DNA of 64,000 bases. Source: Candidatus Sumerlaeaceae bacterium. Lineage in GTDB: Bacteria; Sumerlaeota; Sumerlaeia; Sumerlaeales; Sumerlaeaceae. The DNA is taken from the NCBI GenBank assembly GCA_049968255.1, contig JBMFRB010000005.1:37822-101821 (forward strand), written 5' to 3'. The notes beneath the pieces are model-generated. The model was not told the origin of the DNA, made no database searches, and saw nothing but the letters and a program-made list of their open reading frames with translations. A program made the translations under genes and the position numbers. Shown piece after piece: positions 42,267 to 51,522 of this stretch (the stretch's first letter is position 1; every line of letters begins with the position of its first letter).

Positions 42267-43319
42267 ATGCAGTCCCACGTTTTCATTGCTGTGAGCATGG
42301 GTGATCCGGGCGGCATCGGGCCGCGGCTCATCGCCCAAGTGACTGCGTCGGGAAGATTCGCGAAGCGGGCGCGCCTGCTCGTTTTCGGCGATGCGGCAAC
42401 ATTGGCGCAAGCGGCTGCTCTGGATGGCCTCAAAATTGAATTTCCCACAATTGCCGACACTTCTGACTTGGCCGAGCGAATTGCCCGACTTTCTCACGCA
42501 CCGCTCATCGTCATTGAACCACCAGAATGTCCGTCGGGAGGTTTTGCACGCGGCGAGGTAAGCCCACTGAACGGAGCTGCAAGTGTGGCATGGATCAAGG
42601 CTGGGACTAAAGCATGCCTGGCGGGCATCGCACAAGCACTTGTTACTGCGCCGATTAGCAAGGAAGCAATCCGCGCAGCCGGAGTGTGCTTCCCCGGCCA
42701 CACCGAACTGCTCGCTTCGCTGACTGATGGATGCGAGGTGCGGATGATGCTTGTTGGGAGAAGACTGCGTGTCGTGTTAGAGACGATTCACGTTGCGCTC
42801 AGCCAGGTGCCGCGTCTCATCGAACATGATCATCTCATCCGCTCGCTTGAAATTATCCACGAGTGGAGCTTGCAGTTTTTGCGCCGTTCGCCTAACATTG
42901 CCGTCTGCGGCTTGAATCCTCATGCGGGGGAAAATGGCCAGTTCGGACGTGAAGAGATTGAGGTTATCGGGCCAGCAATTGAACAAGCTCGGAAGCGCGG
43001 CATTGGCGCTTGGGGACCTTTTCCTGCAGACACGGTGTTTCACCGGGCGTCCCACGGAGAATTTGATTTCGTTTTATCGATGTACCATGACCAAGGACTT
43101 GGGCCACTGAAGACCGTGGCGTTCGACACGGGAGTCAACGTCACGCTCGGTCTGCCTTTCGTGCGCACGTCACCGGATCATGGCACGGCGTTTGATCGCG
43201 CATGGGTTCGCGAGGCCCGATTGAGCTGCCGAAGCTTTGAGCAAGCCATCAAACTTGCACTTCGGTGGGGAACGGCTGCAGGTCGGCTGAGTTCGGCCCG
43301 CAGACACAAGAATCAATGA
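42267..43319 (+). CDS. pdxA: 4-hydroxythreonine-4-phosphate dehydrogenase
   Basis: MGDPGGIGP, LVTAPISK, GHTE, GLNPHAGE, PADT, MYHDQGL, RTSPDHGTAFD. Confidence 0.95.
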   Translation: MQSHVFIAVSMGDPGGIGPRLIAQVTASGRFAKRARLLVFGDAATLAQAAALDGLKIEFPTIADTSDLAERIARLSHAPLIVIEPPECPSGGFARGEVSPLNGAASVAWIKAGTKACLAGIAQALVTAPISKEAIRAAGVCFPGHTELLASLTDGCEVRMMLVGRRLRVVLETIHVALSQVPRLIEHDHLIRSLEIIHEWSLQFLRRSPNIAVCGLNPHAGENGQFGREEIEVIGPAIEQARKRGIGAWGPFPADTVFHRASHGEFDFVLSMYHDQGLGPLKTVAFDTGVNVTLGLPFVRTSPDHGTAFDRAWVREARLSCRSFEQAIKLALRWGTAAGRLSSARRHKNQ

Positions 43320-43418
43320 GCAAATCCGTCGCTTTTCTGGCGAATGATTTTCGCGGCTAAGTCGTATAGCTAGTGCGTCAATTTGTGAGCACCAAAAGTG
43401 TGAGGGTGCCAACGCATC

Positions 43419-43524
43419 CCGTTCGCTGGCTCATTGAGGTCGCCGAACGGCGGGCATGTGACGCGATCGGCTGCGCCCGACGTCACCTCTGCCGTATTCT
43501 AATCGAGTGAGGAGAGTCCCACTC
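43419..43524 (+). promoter_or_regulatory. Candidate structured 5' leader of rplS
   Basis: Several stems, including alternative pairings and a GAGTG/CACTC helix enclosing the SD AGGAG directly before ATG. Confidence 0.35.
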
Positions 43525-43980
43525 ATGAGCAGCACAAATCCGATCATTCGCGAATTCGTTGCGCAGCAGCTCAAAAAGGATATTCCGGATTTTGGCCCGG
43601 GCGACACCTTGCGCGTGTCAGTCCTGATCTCCGAAGGCGACAAAGAGCGCATCCAGGATTTTGTGGGTGTGTGCATTCGTCGTAAAGGGAGTGGAATCAG
43701 CGAGACTTTTACCGTGCGGCGTGTGAGCTACGGCGTGGGGATGGAGCGCATTTTTCCCCTGCATTCGCCAAAGATCGAGAAAATCGACGTGCTGCGCCGT
43801 GGACGTGTGCGGCGTGCCAAGCTTTATTATCTGCGCGATCTGCGCGGGAAGAAGGCGCGCATCGTTGAGCGCAAGGTCAAACACGCTGGACTGGAAGAAA
43901 AGCTTGTTGTTGGTGAGCCGACCCAGGAAGAGCCGGCTCAGGCCGAGATGCAGCAGGAATCGCTGAAAAAAGAAGAATAG
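43525..43980 (+). CDS. rplS: 50S ribosomal protein L19 (bL19) with an acidic C-terminal tail
   Basis: [50 protein letters not shown]. Confidence 0.97.
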   Translation: MSSTNPIIREFVAQQLKKDIPDFGPGDTLRVSVLISEGDKERIQDFVGVCIRRKGSGISETFTVRRVSYGVGMERIFPLHSPKIEKIDVLRRGRVRRAKLYYLRDLRGKKARIVERKVKHAGLEEKLVVGEPTQEEPAQAEMQQESLKKEE

Positions 43981-44006
43981 CTCTAGCCCGTTGAGACACT
44001 CGAAAT

Positions 44007-44044
44007 AGCTCGCGACGACAAGAAGCGTTGCGGGCTGTTTCTTA
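44007..44044 (+). terminator. Intrinsic terminator after rplS
   Basis: Stem AGCTCGCGACG / CGTTGCGGGCT followed by GTTTCTT. Confidence 0.6.
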
Positions 44045-44126
44045 TGTGGAAGTGCACCGCCGCCGTGGCAGGGGGTCAAGCGGAGCGCGGCAGAGAGGCG
44101 AGTGCTTTGCCACCCATTCCGGTAGC

Positions 44127-45401
44127 TCAGAGCTTCTCGATGAAATCGAGATCCTTGCCGTAAGTCTCCTCAATAAAGCTCAACGCGGTCGCCGCTAAAA
44201 CAAATGTGCCTATTCCGACAAATCCGGCCGCATTGCGAATATCTGTGTAGGCCGCGATCAAGTTGAAAAGCCAGGTGAGAATGGCAGTAAGTCCGCGAAC
44301 GAAATTCGGAGCTGTCACAGCCACCGTGGCACGGAGGTTGGTTCCAAACTGCTCTGCGGCCACGGTGACAAATACTGCCCAATAGCCCGAGACAAACCCG
44401 AGAGCCGTGCACGTCGCATAAAAGAAAGCGAGGGAGAGTCCACCGAAAAGAAGATAGATCGCGGAGAATGCCATGGCCAATGCCATGAAGACGGCGATGA
44501 TCTTCTTGCGGGTTTGAAGGCGTTGGCTCAGGTAACCGTTGACGAGATCGCCAAAAGTGAGAGCCAAATAGTAGAACATGAGAGCCAGGGAGCTTTTTGG
44601 TGCGGGATTGAGGCCCAAGGCTTTGCCGAGCTCCGGCGAAAAAGTCACGAGGATGCCAATCGCATACCAGACGGGCATTGCGACCAGAATGAGACTTATG
44701 TAGCGGCGCAAACGCTCTTTGCTTGTAAAGAGAGCGAAAAAATTCCCGCGCGCAACGGTGGTCTGCAGGGCTCGCGCAAACATCGGCGACTCGCTTACGC
44801 CAATACGGAGCGCTAAGAGGAGAAACCCAAGCATTCCTCCGATGGCGTAGGAGTATCGCCAAGGGAAAAGATCGCCGATAAGCGAAGCTGTAACCACGCC
44901 AAGCACTCCCACCGCGGCAACAATCATCGTGCCGTAGCCGCGGTTGCGCGGTGACATTAGTTCGCTAACCAACGTCACGCCCGCCCCCAGCTCACCAGCT
45001 AGGCCCACCCCGGCTAGGAAGCGCCAAAGCGCGTAGCTTGGCACCGAATGCACAAAAGCATTCGCAAGCGTGGCGATCGAATAAAGGGTAATAGAACCAA
45101 ATAAAACTGATTTGCGTCCTCGGCGATCTCCGAGGACTCCCCAGAGAATCCCGCCGAATAACAGGCCAAGAAGTTGCGAGTTGAGTAGGTGCACTCCGAC
45201 GGTCCGGATCTGGTCATCGCTAAAGCCGAAATCTGCAAGACTGGCGCGGCGCACGATGTTGTAAAGCAGGAGGTCGTAGGCATCCACGAAGAAGCCAAGT
45301 GCAGCCGTGATAATGGCCAAAACCGTGCTTTTGCTCAAATCTTGGGAAGGAGACTCCAACGCAGAAGATGTGTATGAGTGACTCGGGGTCATGGGGACCA
45401 T
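44127..45401 (-). CDS. MFS transporter
   Basis: GFFVDAYDL, GVLGDRRGRK (motif A), RFLAGVGLAGELG, ESPMF, AEQFGTNLRAT; about 12 TM. Confidence 0.92.
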   Translation of the reverse strand: MVPMTPSHSYTSSALESPSQDLSKSTVLAIITAALGFFVDAYDLLLYNIVRRASLADFGFSDDQIRTVGVHLLNSQLLGLLFGGILWGVLGDRRGRKSVLFGSITLYSIATLANAFVHSVPSYALWRFLAGVGLAGELGAGVTLVSELMSPRNRGYGTMIVAAVGVLGVVTASLIGDLFPWRYSYAIGGMLGFLLLALRIGVSESPMFARALQTTVARGNFFALFTSKERLRRYISLILVAMPVWYAIGILVTFSPELGKALGLNPAPKSSLALMFYYLALTFGDLVNGYLSQRLQTRKKIIAVFMALAMAFSAIYLLFGGLSLAFFYATCTALGFVSGYWAVFVTVAAEQFGTNLRATVAVTAPNFVRGLTAILTWLFNLIAAYTDIRNAAGFVGIGTFVLAATALSFIEETYGKDLDFIEKL

Positions 45402-45455
45402 TCGTGTTCGCGCCCCTAAAACGCTGTCAAGTGTCGAGATCTTTATTATTTTTCA

Positions 45456-45490
45456 TCATTTTTTGTTGCCTTTCATTTTTTTGTTGCCTT
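45456..45490. repeat. Tandem direct repeat TCA(T)6-7GTTGCCTT x2 in a divergent promoter region
   Basis: Copies at 45456-45472 and 45473-45490. Confidence 0.7.
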
Positions 45491-45569
45491 CCCACCGTTA
45501 GCACATCGTATTGTATTCAAGACTGGGCCAGGCAGGGTGTGAATGGGCGTACCTCAGATATATTGGTTT

Positions 45570-46043
45570 ATGGAGTCGCAGTGGCTTCTTGTCTTAAGCG
45601 AAGGGGAATATTCTATTTTTAGTGTGCTCATGCGCCGCACTCCAGAGCCAGACAAGTTGGAGTCGATAACGCACCGATGGAACCTCACGATTTTGGGGAC
45701 AAACGGACAAGCGGAAGTGGCACTGTTTGATCGTTGGACCCCCATGGAACGGATGCGTGAGTTTCTCGTGCCCGCCAATGTGCCGCACAAGTTTTGCAAC
45801 CGCTACGAATTCCCGGCGCAGTTTACCGTCATTGCTCGACCAGGAGGATTCGAGGAATTCGTCAAGATTCACGGCATTGCCATGCCGCCTGAAGCGTACG
45901 TGCAGGTCTCTATAGATCCCGAGATTCACCGCATCGAGGATTGGTGGATTCCGCCACGGCAGTACGATGCGCCTTCAGCGACACCATTGACGAACGCCCC
46001 TCCTCAGAATGACGCACAGGATAAGCCGCCCTCCAACTTTTAG
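45570..46043 (+). CDS. Hypothetical protein with a degenerate cupin fold
   Basis: FLVPANVPHKFCN...AQFTVIARPGGFEEF matches the second cupin motif; start at 45543 or 45570. Confidence 0.6.
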   Translation: MESQWLLVLSEGEYSIFSVLMRRTPEPDKLESITHRWNLTILGTNGQAEVALFDRWTPMERMREFLVPANVPHKFCNRYEFPAQFTVIARPGGFEEFVKIHGIAMPPEAYVQVSIDPEIHRIEDWWIPPRQYDAPSATPLTNAPPQNDAQDKPPSNF

Positions 46044-46113
46044 GCAGAGGTTGCCCCAAGAGGCGCCGCTTACCTCCAAAGTGCTTCTGAGGCTACTCTT
46101 GCAGGGCAGGCTT

Positions 46114-47541
46114 TTATTGCGCAGCGCCCGATGAATCCGGGATAGTGAACCAGAACGTCGCCCCTGCGCCGGGTGCACTGTCTACCCAAATATGCCCTCC
46201 GTGTGCTACCACGAAGTCTTTCGCAATACTCAATCCAAGTCCAACAGAGCGACCAGGACCACGCAACGACGTGGTCGAAATCTGGGGGAAACGCTGAAAC
46301 ACTTTTGCCTTCTGTTCTTCACTCAAGCCGGGACCGGAGTCGCGAATGCCAACAAGGAAATCGCTTTCGCGGCGAGTCAGTGTGATAAAAACAGTAGAAC
46401 CGGCAGGAGCATACTTGATCGCATTGTTGAGCAAATTATCGAACACCCGACCAAGACGCTGGCGGTCAGCGGTGAGAAAAGGCATGCGTGGATCAGCAGT
46501 CACGTCGAATTGAAGGTGGCGCGATAGCGATCTTGAGCGCTGCCCTTCGAGACACTCGTCGACAAGCGCTGGCAGTGAAAACTCTTCTTTCTTCAGTTCA
46601 AGGCTTTGCGCCTGCGCCAGAGCGGTATCAAGAAGATCGTCGAGAAGGTCCTGGGTATGTTGGTACGCCACTTTCATTTTTTCTAAGGCCTGGTGCTGCT
46701 CGTCAGTAAGAGCGCCAAATGTACCTTCCTTTAGCATTTCAAGATAGCCCCCGATGACCGAAAGGGGGGTTCTTACGTCGTGGAAGACCATATCCGAAAT
46801 CAAGCGTATATGCGCGTTGCTCGCTTCGAGCATTTCGATAATTCTGGTTTTCTCGATGGCCATGGCAATTTTGCGGCCAATCCTGAGCAGAAGCTGCGCG
46901 TGATTATTGTCATAAGCATTGACGGATCGCGACGAGAAAAAGAGGAACCCGACGGCGCGACCAAGCGCATGGAGAGGAACCGTCAGGCTCGAACGCATGC
47001 CTTCTTCCAAGAGCAATCTCGTCGAGCCACTGGTGGGATGCTCGGCCAGATACGTCCCTAGGTCAGAGATGATCCTGGGTTGGCCCGACTGCAGCACGGC
47101 GTAGAGTGTGCTATGGCGGATGTCGACGCGATAGCCTGGCGCCAGCTTAGGCTGGCCGTCTCGAAGTCGCATGTAAACGGCTTCCGCCATAAAGGGCTTC
47201 TCCTCGTCCAGGAAAGCCAAGCCAATGCGATCGAAGGGGATGAAACTAGAAAAATTGGCGAAGATAAAATCCAGGAGTTGTTCGGTGTGCTTGCCCTCGT
47301 GCAGACGGGTCAAAAGCTCGTCTAGCATTTGGGATTTTTTCTGCTCGCTGCGAAGTGCGTGGTGATAGCCCTCGACGGCGGCGACTATTTGATTCGCATA
47401 CTCAGAATCGAACGTCGGCGGTTCGCACTCGTGGTCTTCAGCCAACATACGTACCCAGAGGCAGATTTTGTGGCAGGTAGCTGCCGGTGAGGAGGGAGTT
47501 GGCGCACCATCGTCTGATTGGCGTCGGCTCATTTTTTGCAC
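46114..47541 (-). CDS. Cytoplasmic GAF-domain sensor histidine kinase
   Basis: GAF (FDRIGLAFLD, GMRSSLTVPL); H-box FHDVRTPL; NLLNNAIKY, DSGPG, GLGLSI. Confidence 0.92.
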   Translation of the reverse strand: MQKMSRRQSDDGAPTPSSPAATCHKICLWVRMLAEDHECEPPTFDSEYANQIVAAVEGYHHALRSEQKKSQMLDELLTRLHEGKHTEQLLDFIFANFSSFIPFDRIGLAFLDEEKPFMAEAVYMRLRDGQPKLAPGYRVDIRHSTLYAVLQSGQPRIISDLGTYLAEHPTSGSTRLLLEEGMRSSLTVPLHALGRAVGFLFFSSRSVNAYDNNHAQLLLRIGRKIAMAIEKTRIIEMLEASNAHIRLISDMVFHDVRTPLSVIGGYLEMLKEGTFGALTDEQHQALEKMKVAYQHTQDLLDDLLDTALAQAQSLELKKEEFSLPALVDECLEGQRSRSLSRHLQFDVTADPRMPFLTADRQRLGRVFDNLLNNAIKYAPAGSTVFITLTRRESDFLVGIRDSGPGLSEEQKAKVFQRFPQISTTSLRGPGRSVGLGLSIAKDFVVAHGGHIWVDSAPGAGATFWFTIPDSSGAAQ

Positions 47542-47720
47542 CTCCTCTAGCTTTCTACTTCAAATCTATAACATTCGCAGCAAATCATGCACCGGAAAAT
47601 TCTTTCGGCCAAGGGCGACCCTTCTTTGTGCATAAGCTAACAATGCTCTCTTGTGGCGGATTGGGGTTCAAGGTTTTGCCTTGAATTAGGTTGATCTCTC
47701 ACTGAGAAGATGCGGCGAAC

Positions 47721-49148
47721 ATGCCAATGAGCCTAAGCGAGCAATTTTGGCGCACTCTGGAAGACAAACAAGAGGCACTCGGTCCTGCGCCTGAGGGACT
47801 GGACGTGGTGTGGCATGTTCTCAAGCCAGCGGCAGGTGACAAAAGTTTGCCAGCGCGCGAGCTGGCGCGATTGGCGCGGATTTCGCACCGCCATCACCCC
47901 CCTGCGCTTTTGGCTCAACCCAGCGCGGATATTCGCCCATTTGTGCTGGTGGTTTCGGCGCCAGATAAAGCGTTACCCACATTTGAGGAACTTTACCAAA
48001 GCTATCTCGACAAGAACGGCTTCCTGGCGGAGAGTTTGCTTTTGCTTAGGCCCCATTGCGAGGTTCCTTACGCGCTGTTTGTGGGTGGTCGGAACTATTT
48101 TTTGTACGATCTGGCTACGGAAGATATCTTGCGCTGGAGTTCGACTTTCGAAGATCTCTGCGATTTGCTGCTGGCGCCCATCGAACGGCGCGAAAACGTT
48201 CGCGCCAAATGGGACGCGCTGGCGCGTCGAACCCGTAGCCAGCGAGCCGAAGAGTTCTCTCACTGGATGGACTTGTGGCGAGTGGCGATAGGCGCACACT
48301 ACGCTGACGTCAACTCGCCGCTTTTGGTCCAAGGACTTTTGCAAAAATCAATCCTGCTTTTCCTCTACGATCTGCTTTTCGGTTTTTCGGACGAGGATCT
48401 GCGGCTTCGGAAGAATTTTTTGGCGGTTCGTCAACATCATCGCAGCGCAAGTGTTAGCGACCCCGAAGCCGATCTCACATTTGACGCTGTGGCTTGGTTG
48501 CACCAAGCTAGTGAAGAGCTTTACGCTCGCTATCAAATCGAGTTTCTTCGGTGGACCGAGGAAGAAAGCGCATTTTTCTCCCTCATGAACAATGAGGCGC
48601 GCCTGAATTTGCGCCAGTTCATTCTCGAACTTTTTCTGCAGAGTCTGTCGAAATTCGATGTCGAAGTTCAGGCTGAGGCTTTTTCTGATCCCGATGCGCG
48701 CTTGAAAATGTGGAAATTTTCTGTGACCGAGACACTCAACGTGCGCAAGCGCTTGCACGCGGACGAGATCAACGTCTATGCTCCACTTGAGGTTGACCTC
48801 GATGAGAGCGGTGTTGCCTGGACGCTCCATGTGGTAGGGGAAATCCTCGAGTACTGGCGGGAGAAATGCGAACAATTGGAGCAAGACCTGGCGCAGCGCA
48901 AGCGCATTGAGGTCCAGCTCGACATGTTCCAACACCCGGACCTGGAGAAAGCAAGTGTCCCAACGCGCGAAAACCTCTATTGCTCTACGTTGCCGCAAAG
49001 CCTGCGCATCTTTTATAGAGATCCAGCAGAGCGGCAGACACTCGAATACCTTGTGAATCTCAAAATTCTCGATTATTGCGCAAAACATGCCATCCCGCTT
49101 CATCCTCTCAAGGATCTTGAGCGTATCTTCGTGATGAAAAGCGCCTAA
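47721..49148 (+). CDS. Hypothetical protein, possibly a degenerate type IIG restriction-modification derivative
   Basis: 475-aa uninterrupted ORF; YALFVGGRNYFLYD, F..W...WR..I, VQ.LL...I.LF segments; no intact catalytic motifs. Confidence 0.65.
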   Translation: MPMSLSEQFWRTLEDKQEALGPAPEGLDVVWHVLKPAAGDKSLPARELARLARISHRHHPPALLAQPSADIRPFVLVVSAPDKALPTFEELYQSYLDKNGFLAESLLLLRPHCEVPYALFVGGRNYFLYDLATEDILRWSSTFEDLCDLLLAPIERRENVRAKWDALARRTRSQRAEEFSHWMDLWRVAIGAHYADVNSPLLVQGLLQKSILLFLYDLLFGFSDEDLRLRKNFLAVRQHHRSASVSDPEADLTFDAVAWLHQASEELYARYQIEFLRWTEEESAFFSLMNNEARLNLRQFILELFLQSLSKFDVEVQAEAFSDPDARLKMWKFSVTETLNVRKRLHADEINVYAPLEVDLDESGVAWTLHVVGEILEYWREKCEQLEQDLAQRKRIEVQLDMFQHPDLEKASVPTRENLYCSTLPQSLRIFYRDPAERQTLEYLVNLKILDYCAKHAIPLHPLKDLERIFVMKSA

Positions 49149-49216
49149 AGATCTTGCATTAAGCCTTTCTGCCGGGGTGGATGACCTGTTTACATGAGCT
49201 GGAGAGGATCACGGAT

Positions 49217-50449
49217 ATGCTTATCGCTCTGCGCTGTATCGTGTGCGGTCGGGAGTACGAACCTGTTTACAAATTAACTTGTGATGTTTGCGGTCCCTCC
49301 GAGGGAATTCTCGACGCCGTTTACGACTACGAGCACGCGCGGCGCACGCTTACAAAAGAATCGCTCGCCAGTCGCCCCATGAATCACTGGCGTTATCGGG
49401 AGGTGCTTCCTCTGCGTGGGGCCCAAGTTATCCCGCCATTACAGGTTGGTTGGACGCCAGTTTATGACGTGCCGCGGCTGGCCAAACACCTCGGCGTGGC
49501 AAAACTTTGGCTAAAAGATGATGGCCGCAATCCGACCGCATCTTTCAAAGACAGAGCAAGCAGCATGGGTGTGGCTAAAGCGTTGGAGTTTGGTTTTCGA
49601 ACCGTAGCCTGTGCTTCGACGGGAAATGCTGCGAGTTCGCTGGCGGGGTTTGCGGCGGCAACGGGACTGAAAAGCTTTATATTTGTGCCGCAACGCGCAC
49701 CTGAGCCAAAGGTGGCACAGCTTCTCCTTTTTGGGGCCACAGTGCTGCGGGTGCAGGGAACCTACGATGATGCCTACGACCTGTGCAGCGCAGCCGTGGA
49801 GCGCTTTGGGTGGTACAATCGCAACTGCGCCATCAACAGCTACCTTGTGGAAGGCAAGAAGACCGCTGGCCTCGAGATCGGGGAGCAACTTGGCGCAACC
49901 CCGCCGGATTGGGTCGTGGTGAGCGTGGGCGACGGCTGCACCATTGCGGGAGTGTGGAAAGGGCTGTGCGAGATGCATACGCTGGGAATTCTGAACCGCT
50001 TGCCGCGTCTGCTGGGTGTGCAGGCTGAGGGTTCACCAGCCGTAGCCCGGCAATTTCACCGCGGCGAGAATGCTCCCTTTGACAAACATGAAGCCACCAC
50101 GGTGGCCGACTCAATCTGCGTGGCGGTGCCACGCAACTGGCGCAAAGCTGTTCGCGCGGTGAAAGAATCGCACGGAACTTATATCACAGTGAGTGATGAG
50201 GAGATTTTGGAGGCGTTGCGCTCTACACCGCGGCTCTCAGGAGTGCTCGGCGAACCCGCAGCGGTGGCTAGCGTAGCTGGTGTGGCCAAAGCTCGGCAGC
50301 AGCAAATCATTGGTCCGAACGAATCTGTGCTGGCTGTGATTACCGGTAATGGGCTGAAAGACATCCGAACAGCAATTTCGGTGGCTGGCTCGACGCATGA
50401 TATCCCGCCTAACATTGATGCTGTCGCAGAAGTGGTAAGGAAAAGCTAG
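49217..50449 (+). CDS. thrC: Threonine synthase (PLP-dependent, fold type II)
   Basis: N-terminal CxxC..CxxC; NPTASFKDR, ASTGN, VEGKKT, VSVGDG, GEPA, ITGNGLKD. Confidence 0.88.
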   Translation: MLIALRCIVCGREYEPVYKLTCDVCGPSEGILDAVYDYEHARRTLTKESLASRPMNHWRYREVLPLRGAQVIPPLQVGWTPVYDVPRLAKHLGVAKLWLKDDGRNPTASFKDRASSMGVAKALEFGFRTVACASTGNAASSLAGFAAATGLKSFIFVPQRAPEPKVAQLLLFGATVLRVQGTYDDAYDLCSAAVERFGWYNRNCAINSYLVEGKKTAGLEIGEQLGATPPDWVVVSVGDGCTIAGVWKGLCEMHTLGILNRLPRLLGVQAEGSPAVARQFHRGENAPFDKHEATTVADSICVAVPRNWRKAVRAVKESHGTYITVSDEEILEALRSTPRLSGVLGEPAAVASVAGVAKARQQQIIGPNESVLAVITGNGLKDIRTAISVAGSTHDIPPNIDAVAEVVRKS

Positions 50450-50475
50450 CACAGTTTTGGAAAACTAACTGCCTT

Positions 50476-51207
50476 ATGACCAAACAGCGCAAACGACACA
50501 TTGTTCCGTACCGACCAATCGAGTGGGTGTTTTTAGACGCTGGAGGAACGCTGCTCGGGACGAATCCAGAAGAGGAGCACTGGTATGAACAGTTTTTCAT
50601 TGATGCGTGCCGCGAGCAAGGCGCGGCGGTTTCCTTGGCCGAGGTCCATGAAGCGCTTCACGACGCAAATGCGTCGTGCCCCGTGCATCCCCGCTGCAGC
50701 ACCCCCGAGCAAGTACGCCAGTACTGGGAACACGTGTATGGCACGGTGTTCAAACGTCTGCTGCCGGGAAAAGATTGGCTAGCAGTAGCTCAGCATTATA
50801 TCGATCGCTTCGAGCAGGGCGAGTTTGTGCAGCTTTTCCCCGACACGCTCACAACGCTGGAGGCAGTGCGCCGGATGGGGCGGCGGATCGCCGTGGTCTC
50901 GAATTTTGGCACCTACCTCGAGCATTTTCTGCGGCGATGCGGCATTGCTCATTATTTTGAATTCGCCGTAATCAGTGCAGCTGAAGGATGTGAAAAACCA
51001 CAACCAGAGATCTTCCACCGTGCACTCAAGCGTGCGGGGGCAAGGCCCGAGAGCGTGCTGTTTGTTGGCGACAATCTCGAAGAGGATTACCGGGCGGCTA
51101 ACGCCGTGGGGATACATGCTTTGTTGGTGGATCGGCACAACAAACATGCGGAGCACGAAGACGTGGCCCGCATCAGGCGCCTCGATGAGCTGGTCAATTA
51201 CTTGTGA
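50476..51207 (+). CDS. HAD-superfamily hydrolase
   Basis: FLDAGGTL, VVSNF, EKPQPEIF, FVGDNLEED. Confidence 0.9.
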   Translation: MTKQRKRHIVPYRPIEWVFLDAGGTLLGTNPEEEHWYEQFFIDACREQGAAVSLAEVHEALHDANASCPVHPRCSTPEQVRQYWEHVYGTVFKRLLPGKDWLAVAQHYIDRFEQGEFVQLFPDTLTTLEAVRRMGRRIAVVSNFGTYLEHFLRRCGIAHYFEFAVISAAEGCEKPQPEIFHRALKRAGARPESVLFVGDNLEEDYRAANAVGIHALLVDRHNKHAEHEDVARIRRLDELVNYL

Positions 51208-51522
51208 GTTCGTTGCTACCTTTGAGCCTACTCGAGGTACGCGGGTGATTTCCGATGTCGCACAAGGCGTAGGTGAAACAGGTGAAAAGATCAAGAACTT
51301 GTCTGGCATGCCGACGTCTCCACGAGCAGCCACAATCGCACAAGGGCAAACGGGCTACAGAACTCATAAAAGGCGACGCACGTCATATCGCAAGGGCGGA
51401 GCACCCGTTCTTTGCCACGACTCGCTCAGGGAAGCAATTTGATGGATACAGACGTCTGAATAGTAACTTCGTGCATGATGAGAACGTGAGCAACTGATGT
51501 TGAGCAAGGAACTTACGACCAT

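Noticed and set aside
51336-51385. CGCACAAGGGCAAAC...GACGCA resembles the start of a c-di-GMP-I (GEMM) riboswitch
   Set aside because: No P2 stem with a GNRA loop, no GCAAAGC continuation and no P3 could be formed
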